A DNA stretch of 22,168 bases from NCBI GenBank assembly GCA_038831915.1, contig JAWBKB010000023.1, positions 1 to 22,168 on the forward strand, written 5' to 3'. The translations under genes and the position numbers were made by a program. This document shows, in pieces, positions 17,589-22,168 of this stretch. Position 1 is the first letter of the stretch. The number at the start of each line of letters is the position of its first letter. Source of the stretch: Candidatus Caldarchaeum sp. (GTDB lineage Archaea; Thermoproteota; Nitrososphaeria_A; Caldarchaeales; Caldarchaeaceae). The notes beneath the pieces are model-generated. The model searched no databases and had not been told where the DNA came from. It saw only the letters and a program-made list of their open reading frames with translations.

Positions 17589-18541
17589 ACAGTAATCTTC
17601 CTCCACAGAAACTGAACCAACCCATATATTCCCGATGGAAAAAATTTCATAACGAGAACTATGAGTGCGCCATATATCAGGTATCTATACTCGAGGTAAG
17701 GTCTCAAAATCTCTTGCAGAACAGTCAGTAGTGTTGCACCTAACAGAGGACCTACCAAAGTACCAAACCCACCTATAATCGTCATCGAAAGAATGCTGAT
17801 GGATTCTGAGAGGGCCGACATTGCTGGGCTTATGTATCTCATGTAGTGTGCGTACAACGCGCCTGATAAGCCTGCGAAAAATGTCGAAATAACGAAGGCA
17901 AAAACCTTAAAGAAATTAACGTTTACACCTATTGATAGCGCAGCTTCCTCGTCCTCTCTTATGGACATCAAAATCTTGCCTATCCTAGAACTTGAGATCA
18001 AATGCATTAGGTATATGCTGATTAACGTTATTATGAGAGCAACGTAGTAGAACCAAAACTTCGTTCTCAAGTCTACGAAAAGAAAACTTGGGAGAGGTGG
18101 AATTCCAGGAATTCCAATTGGACCTCTGGTCAGCCAATCCAAGTTAATAAGCATCAAATGTATGATTATTCCGAATCCCAAAGTCGAAATGGCCAGGTAT
18201 GGTCCCTTGAGCTTTAGTGAAGGTATTCCAAGCAAAAGTCCGAAAATAGATGCCAACACAGCGCCGGTTAAAATCCCTAACCATGGATTAATGCTATAAT
18301 TCATGCTTAGAAGGGTTGAGGTATAGGCGCCTATTGCGTAAAAGGCTGCATGACCTAATGAGAGCCTTCCGGTATAACCAACAGGTATGTCGAGGCTCGC
18401 TGCAGTAATTGAATAAAGCATTATAAGAGTAGCGACATGTGTTATGTAGTCGCCGGCGAAGGGTAGAGGAAGCAGTATGATGAACGCAAAAACGTAGTAC
18501 GCTGCTTTTTTGTAAGCTAATTCCCTAGTTATTCCAAGCAA
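17585..18541 (-). CDS. livM: Branched-chain amino acid ABC permease, LivM-like
   Basis: Has GYTGRLSLGHAAFYAIGAY, GPYLAISTLGF, IREDEEAA and IIGGFGT. Confidence 0.92.
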   Translation of the reverse strand: MLGITRELAYKKAAYYVFAFIILLPLPFAGDYITHVATLIMLYSITAASLDIPVGYTGRLSLGHAAFYAIGAYTSTLLSMNYSINPWLGILTGAVLASIFGLLLGIPSLKLKGPYLAISTLGFGIIIHLMLINLDWLTRGPIGIPGIPPLPSFLFVDLRTKFWFYYVALIITLISIYLMHLISSSRIGKILMSIREDEEAALSIGVNVNFFKVFAFVISTFFAGLSGALYAHYMRYISPAMSALSESISILSMTIIGGFGTLVGPLLGATLLTVLQEILRPYLEYRYLIYGALIVLVMKFFPSGIYGLVQFLWRKITV

Positions 18542-19453
18542 CTACACTCTACCTCTTCCTGCGATTCCTTGAGGCCTAAACCATAAGACCAAAATCATTA
18601 TGATGAAAGCTACCACCTGTCTGTATTCTGTTCCAAAGAGTAGGCCTCCCCAGTTCTCCGCCAAGCCAACCATGAATCCAGCTAAAATAGTTCCGACAAG
18701 ATTGCCCATTCCCCCCGTTATGACCACAACAAAGGCCTTGGCAACAACATCTAACCCCATTGTGGGATAGATGTTGTAAATCGGCCCGAGTATTCCTCCT
18801 GCAAGTGCAGCCAAGCTAGTTGAAATGAACATTGTGATATCGTAGACTCGATATGTGTTTATTCCAACCAGAGAGGCTGCCAATGGGTTTTGCGACGTTG
18901 CTCTGATTGCTTTTCCTGTTTTTGTAAATAGTAAGAACAAGTACAGTAAAAAAAGCGAAAGTAAAGCCATTATGAAGGTGATTATCCTTGCGATCGAAAA
19001 AGAGAAGCCGCCTGGAATCTTAACAATGTAGCTCGTGAATATGCTCGGAATCGATATAGGTATAGGTCCCCATACCACCAGAGCAAAGTCCACTAGAAGT
19101 ATGGAAAGTCCTATCGTCAGCATTATGAATCTAAGGTCTTGAAAGAAGAATGCAGCACCTCCTTTAACTTGACGCAGTTCCTTGTATAACGATAAAAAGA
19201 TTAGTTTGTTGAAAATTATACCAAGAAAACCAACGAAAATCGCTGATAAGGGCGCCATTATGTATGGGTCGCCGCCAGTCCATAAAACTAGAGTATACAC
19301 AAAAAATGCTCCAAGCATATAAAATTCGCCGTGAGCAAAATTACTTAGTTTCATAACTCCGAAAATCATAGTTAAGCCTGCCCCGACAGCTGCATAAATT
19401 CCTCCCATCATTAAGCCGAGCATTGTCTGTTCTAGGAAAAGCGTAATATCCAT
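18542..19453 (-). CDS. livH: Branched-chain amino acid ABC permease, LivH-like
   Basis: Has GLTMIFGVMKLSNFAHGE, GKAIRA, GGMGN and RPQG. ATG 19453 (MDITLFLEQ) is preferred over 19495. Confidence 0.92.
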   Translation of the reverse strand: MDITLFLEQTMLGLMMGGIYAAVGAGLTMIFGVMKLSNFAHGEFYMLGAFFVYTLVLWTGGDPYIMAPLSAIFVGFLGIIFNKLIFLSLYKELRQVKGGAAFFFQDLRFIMLTIGLSILLVDFALVVWGPIPISIPSIFTSYIVKIPGGFSFSIARIITFIMALLSLFLLYLFLLFTKTGKAIRATSQNPLAASLVGINTYRVYDITMFISTSLAALAGGILGPIYNIYPTMGLDVVAKAFVVVITGGMGNLVGTILAGFMVGLAENWGGLLFGTEYRQVVAFIIMILVLWFRPQGIAGRGRV

Positions 19454-19494
19454 GGCACTCTCACAACATAAAAAAGTTGAGAATTGTTTTTCCA

Positions 19495-20703
19495 TCAGGT
19501 CCTTATTTTCTCTGGGGGTATGTAATCCGCCTCTTTATCGGATTCGGGGTAAATTATGACTCTTTTTAGATTTTCACCGACCTTCATCACCTGCACCAAC
19601 AGCACCTTTGTCTGCGCTTGTCCTTTTTCATCAAAATAGATTGTGCCTTGCGCTCCCTCGAATCTAATGTTTCTCAAGTTTTCGGCGACTTTGTCAACAT
19701 CCCAAGTACCCGATTTTTCAACGGCATACTTCAAGGTCATGAACGCGTCCCAGACTCCAGCCGCATACATTGCTGGCATCCTGCCCCATTTCTTTACAAA
19801 TTTCTGCACAAAGTCTTGAGCAGCTGGCCTCTTTGAAGTTGGCTCAAAATAGCTTACGTGAACCAAGCCAATGGCATGGTCTTTAGCTAAATGTAGAAAT
19901 TCATCACTCGTTACCCCGCCGAGCATGGTGAACTGTTTGTGGAAACCGATTTCATGTGCCTGCTTAAGTATGTTCGCCGCATCCCTGATGTTTGCGACCA
20001 CAAACACGACGTCAGGATTGGCTGCTTTGATCTTTGACAGTTGAGGCGTGAAATCTGTTGACCCTGGGTCGAAGTATTCCTCAGCAACTATTCTCACTCC
20101 CTGACCCTTAACACTATCTCCCCAAATCCTTAGCCCCTCCCGGCCATAATCGTCATTGACACCTAACATGGCGGCGGTCTTCGGCTTCAGCTGGTTAACT
20201 ATGAAGTTAGCATGCTGAGTTGTTTGCATCAACTGGTTTGCGCATGTTCTCGCTGTATATTTGAATCCTTGTTCAGTTATTTTTGTGGCCACTGAAACGG
20301 GAACGAGAAGGAGTCTTTTGTTCTCCATAATTGTAGGCTGAACGGCTAATGTCACCGTCGAACAGTACTCACCGACGATGGCGTACACGTTATCTTGGGT
20401 GATTAGCTTTTGAACGGCTGACGCGGCTAGATCAGCTTTACAGGCTGTATCCTCGATTACCAGTTCGATCGTCCTTCCCAGTATGCCTCCTTGAGAGTTA
20501 ATTTCCTCAATAGCGAGCAGGGCAGCCTGTCTCATATCCAATCCATGTTCTGCAAGAGCGCCTGTCAACGGCACGATCAGTCCTATCTTGACGCCACCTT
20601 GGGGCCGTGTCTGTTGTGGTATGAGGAACGCCGCAGCGGCAAGCACAACTATGACAGCGGCAACGACTCCAACTAGAATGACCCTTCGGGGCGCTTTACT
20701 CAT
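19495..20703 (-). CDS. livK: ABC substrate-binding protein, LivJ/LivK family, N-terminal membrane anchor
   Basis: Hydrophobic N-terminus, KIGLIVPLTG, EEINSQGGILGR, the EDTAC/GEYCS cysteine pair and DFTPQLSKIK. Confidence 0.9.
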   Translation of the reverse strand: MSKAPRRVILVGVVAAVIVVLAAAAFLIPQQTRPQGGVKIGLIVPLTGALAEHGLDMRQAALLAIEEINSQGGILGRTIELVIEDTACKADLAASAVQKLITQDNVYAIVGEYCSTVTLAVQPTIMENKRLLLVPVSVATKITEQGFKYTARTCANQLMQTTQHANFIVNQLKPKTAAMLGVNDDYGREGLRIWGDSVKGQGVRIVAEEYFDPGSTDFTPQLSKIKAANPDVVFVVANIRDAANILKQAHEIGFHKQFTMLGGVTSDEFLHLAKDHAIGLVHVSYFEPTSKRPAAQDFVQKFVKKWGRMPAMYAAGVWDAFMTLKYAVEKSGTWDVDKVAENLRNIRFEGAQGTIYFDEKGQAQTKVLLVQVMKVGENLKRVIIYPESDKEADYIPPEKIRT

Positions 20704-20727
20704 AAGCTCGTGTATTTACATGCTATG

Positions 20728-20740
20728 ATATAAATTTTGC
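20728..20740 (-). promoter_or_regulatory. BRE-TATA promoter of the liv operon (probably leaderless)
   Basis: GCAAAA (20740-20735) plus TTTATAT (20734-20728), 24 nt before ATG 20703; no SD. Confidence 0.65.
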
Positions 20741-20761
20741 AACATAATATCCTGCGTCCTT

Positions 20762-21391
20762 GGTACTGTCAACCAGGTATTACGCCCCCTTCTGTCTTGG
20801 TTTTGAGTAGTATGTTGTGTGTGAGGGCTATGGCTGTGGCTATCTCCTCAATACTCTTTGGTTCTGTTTTTAAGCTTCCTGAACCATCTCTCAACTTTGT
20901 TCCTATTCCCGAACGTCTCATTGAGGTATTCTATTCCAAGCCTCTTCAATGCCCATGGATATTATGGACCCCTATCCACTACTACCACCGGCTTACCTTC
21001 GCATGCCCTTAGGACCATCCTAAGGAAAGTCAATGCATTAAGCATAGACCTACCTCTGGAAGCGTATACCGCTATTATCTCGCCTGCATCGATGTCTATT
21101 GCAGACCATACGTAGACCCACTCTCCCAGCCTCTTCTCAACAGTCTCATCGACGGCTACAAGCCTCCTGGGCTTACGCATGGAATTGAAGACCCTCCCCA
21201 GCCTATGAACCCACTCCCCAACACTCTCCCTAGAGGCATACCTCTCAGACACATCCCTAAAGCTAAGCCTTCTCAGAAGAACTATGAAGAGGCTGGAGAA
21301 ACGCTCAACCAAGCAGTCGAAGACATGCACAGCCGATAGGGGAACAGCCCAGGCCATAACCATTCCGAGAAAGACTCAAGTTGACAGTACC
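20762..21391 (-). mobile_element. Decayed IS6-family insertion sequence (630 bp)
   Basis: Perfect 12-bp TIRs GGTACTGTCAAC (20762-20773) and GTTGACAGTACC (21380-21391) enclosing a DDE transposase remnant. Confidence 0.9.
20769..21363 (-). pseudogene. IS6-family DDE transposase pseudogene
   Basis: Reads VAVDET, YVWSAID, VVDRGP*YPWAL (TAA at 20964-20962 where W is expected) and RNKVERWF. After RTK the frame shifts to KSIEEIATAIAL...PG*, whose TGA lies within the TIR. Confidence 0.87.
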
Positions 21392-21424
21392 CTTAAGTAC
21401 AAGAGCTATGTTCTTATCTGTGAA

Positions 21425-22110
21425 ATGTCCAATCATTCGCGGAGAGATTTTCTGAGAACGCTTCGACGGCTTTGCTCGTCCTCGCTCCATCTCTAAAGGC
21501 TGCTTCGGTTCAAAAATCTTCGAAAAGATACGCTATGCTGGTCGACGTCGACAAATGCTATGGCTGCATGGCTTGTGTGATAGCATGCGTAGCCGAGAAC
21601 AACGTTCCGCTCGGAAACTTTAGAACATGGATAGAGCGCTTAGAGAAGCTTGACGGAGTAAACGTCTTCATCCCAAAGCAGTGTAATCACTGCGACGACC
21701 CGCCCTGCGTTCCTCCATGTCCGACGGGAGCCACCTACAGGACTGAAGACGGGCTTGTTCTCGTCAACGACGAGCTCTGCATAGGCTGCGGAGCTTGCGT
21801 CAAAGCCTGCCCATACGGCGCCCGCTTCATAAACCCGGTCAAAGGGGTTGCCGACAAATGCACATTCTGCGACCACCGGCTGGCCGCCGGTCTTCTGCCA
21901 GCATGCGTGGAGGCCTGTCCAACAGGGGCTAGAGTTTTCGGCCCTCTGGCCGAAGATAATGAGCTTTCGAGAATTGTGAGGAGCAGGCCGACACAGGTGC
22001 TCAAACCCTTCAAAGGCGCTAAGCCCCAGATATACTATCTCAGCCTTCCCGACGGGGACTGTCAACTTAAGGTCTATGGCCGAGAGCCTTACCTTCAAAT
22101 CCCTGGGTGA
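21425..22110 (+). pseudogene. TtrB/NrfC/PsrB-type 4x[4Fe-4S] electron-transfer subunit with frameshifted Tat signal; 3' end probably IS-derived
   Basis: ATG 21425 gives MSNHSRRDFLRT (twin-arginine). The -1 frame gives ASTALLVLAPSLKAA...RYAMLVDVDKCYGCMAC..C, CNHC....C..PC, CIGCGAC...CPY and KCTFC...PACVEACP. Confidence 0.82.
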
Positions 22111-22168
22111 TGCAGAGTTGGGGTAGGCCTCGGCCGTCTTATAGGTTTCTTTGGTGATAGAAATGTCT
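22055..22168. mobile_element. Probable terminus of a second IS6-family element running off the window
   Basis: GGGACTGTCAACTTAAG (22055-22071) matches the reverse complement of the first element's right end, GGTACTGTCAACTTGAG, at 15 of 17 positions. Confidence 0.65.

Noticed and set aside
21284-21496. 70-aa ORF spanning the IS end
   Set aside because: A chimera of antisense IS sequence and the out-of-frame Tat signal; not an independent gene.
22076-22126. ATG at 22076 as the start of an NrfD membrane anchor
   Set aside because: The frame closes after 16 codons (TAG) and is not hydrophobic.

Overview
Archaeal chromosomal window. Gene content (aRF1, archaeal UMP kinase, split GltB, GAGGTGA Shine-Dalgarno sites, frequent TTG/GTG starts) would fit an Aigarchaeota/Caldarchaeales-like organism, but that assignment is inference. 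1-16103 is mostly housekeeping: a partial nitroreductase, an unannotated 48-aa CdrS-like RHH gene coupled to ftsZ, a Toprim protein, a frameshifted DhnA-type aldolase, a three-gene archaeal glutamate synthase cluster (two paralogous FMN-barrel genes plus an amidotransferase-GXGXG fusion) with a divergent tandem AbrB/MraZ-like gene, a prf1-hypothetical-HAD-metG-NiCoT-like run, a SERCA-like P-type ATPase and pyrH. 16154-22168 is accessory: an AT-richer livKHMGF ABC transporter operon, a decayed 630-bp IS6-family element with 12-bp terminal inverted repeats, and a TtrB/NrfC-type 4x[4Fe-4S] gene. That gene has a frameshifted Tat signal, and its 3' end runs into a second IS6-like terminus at 22055. 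No rRNA, tRNA or CRISPR array was seen.
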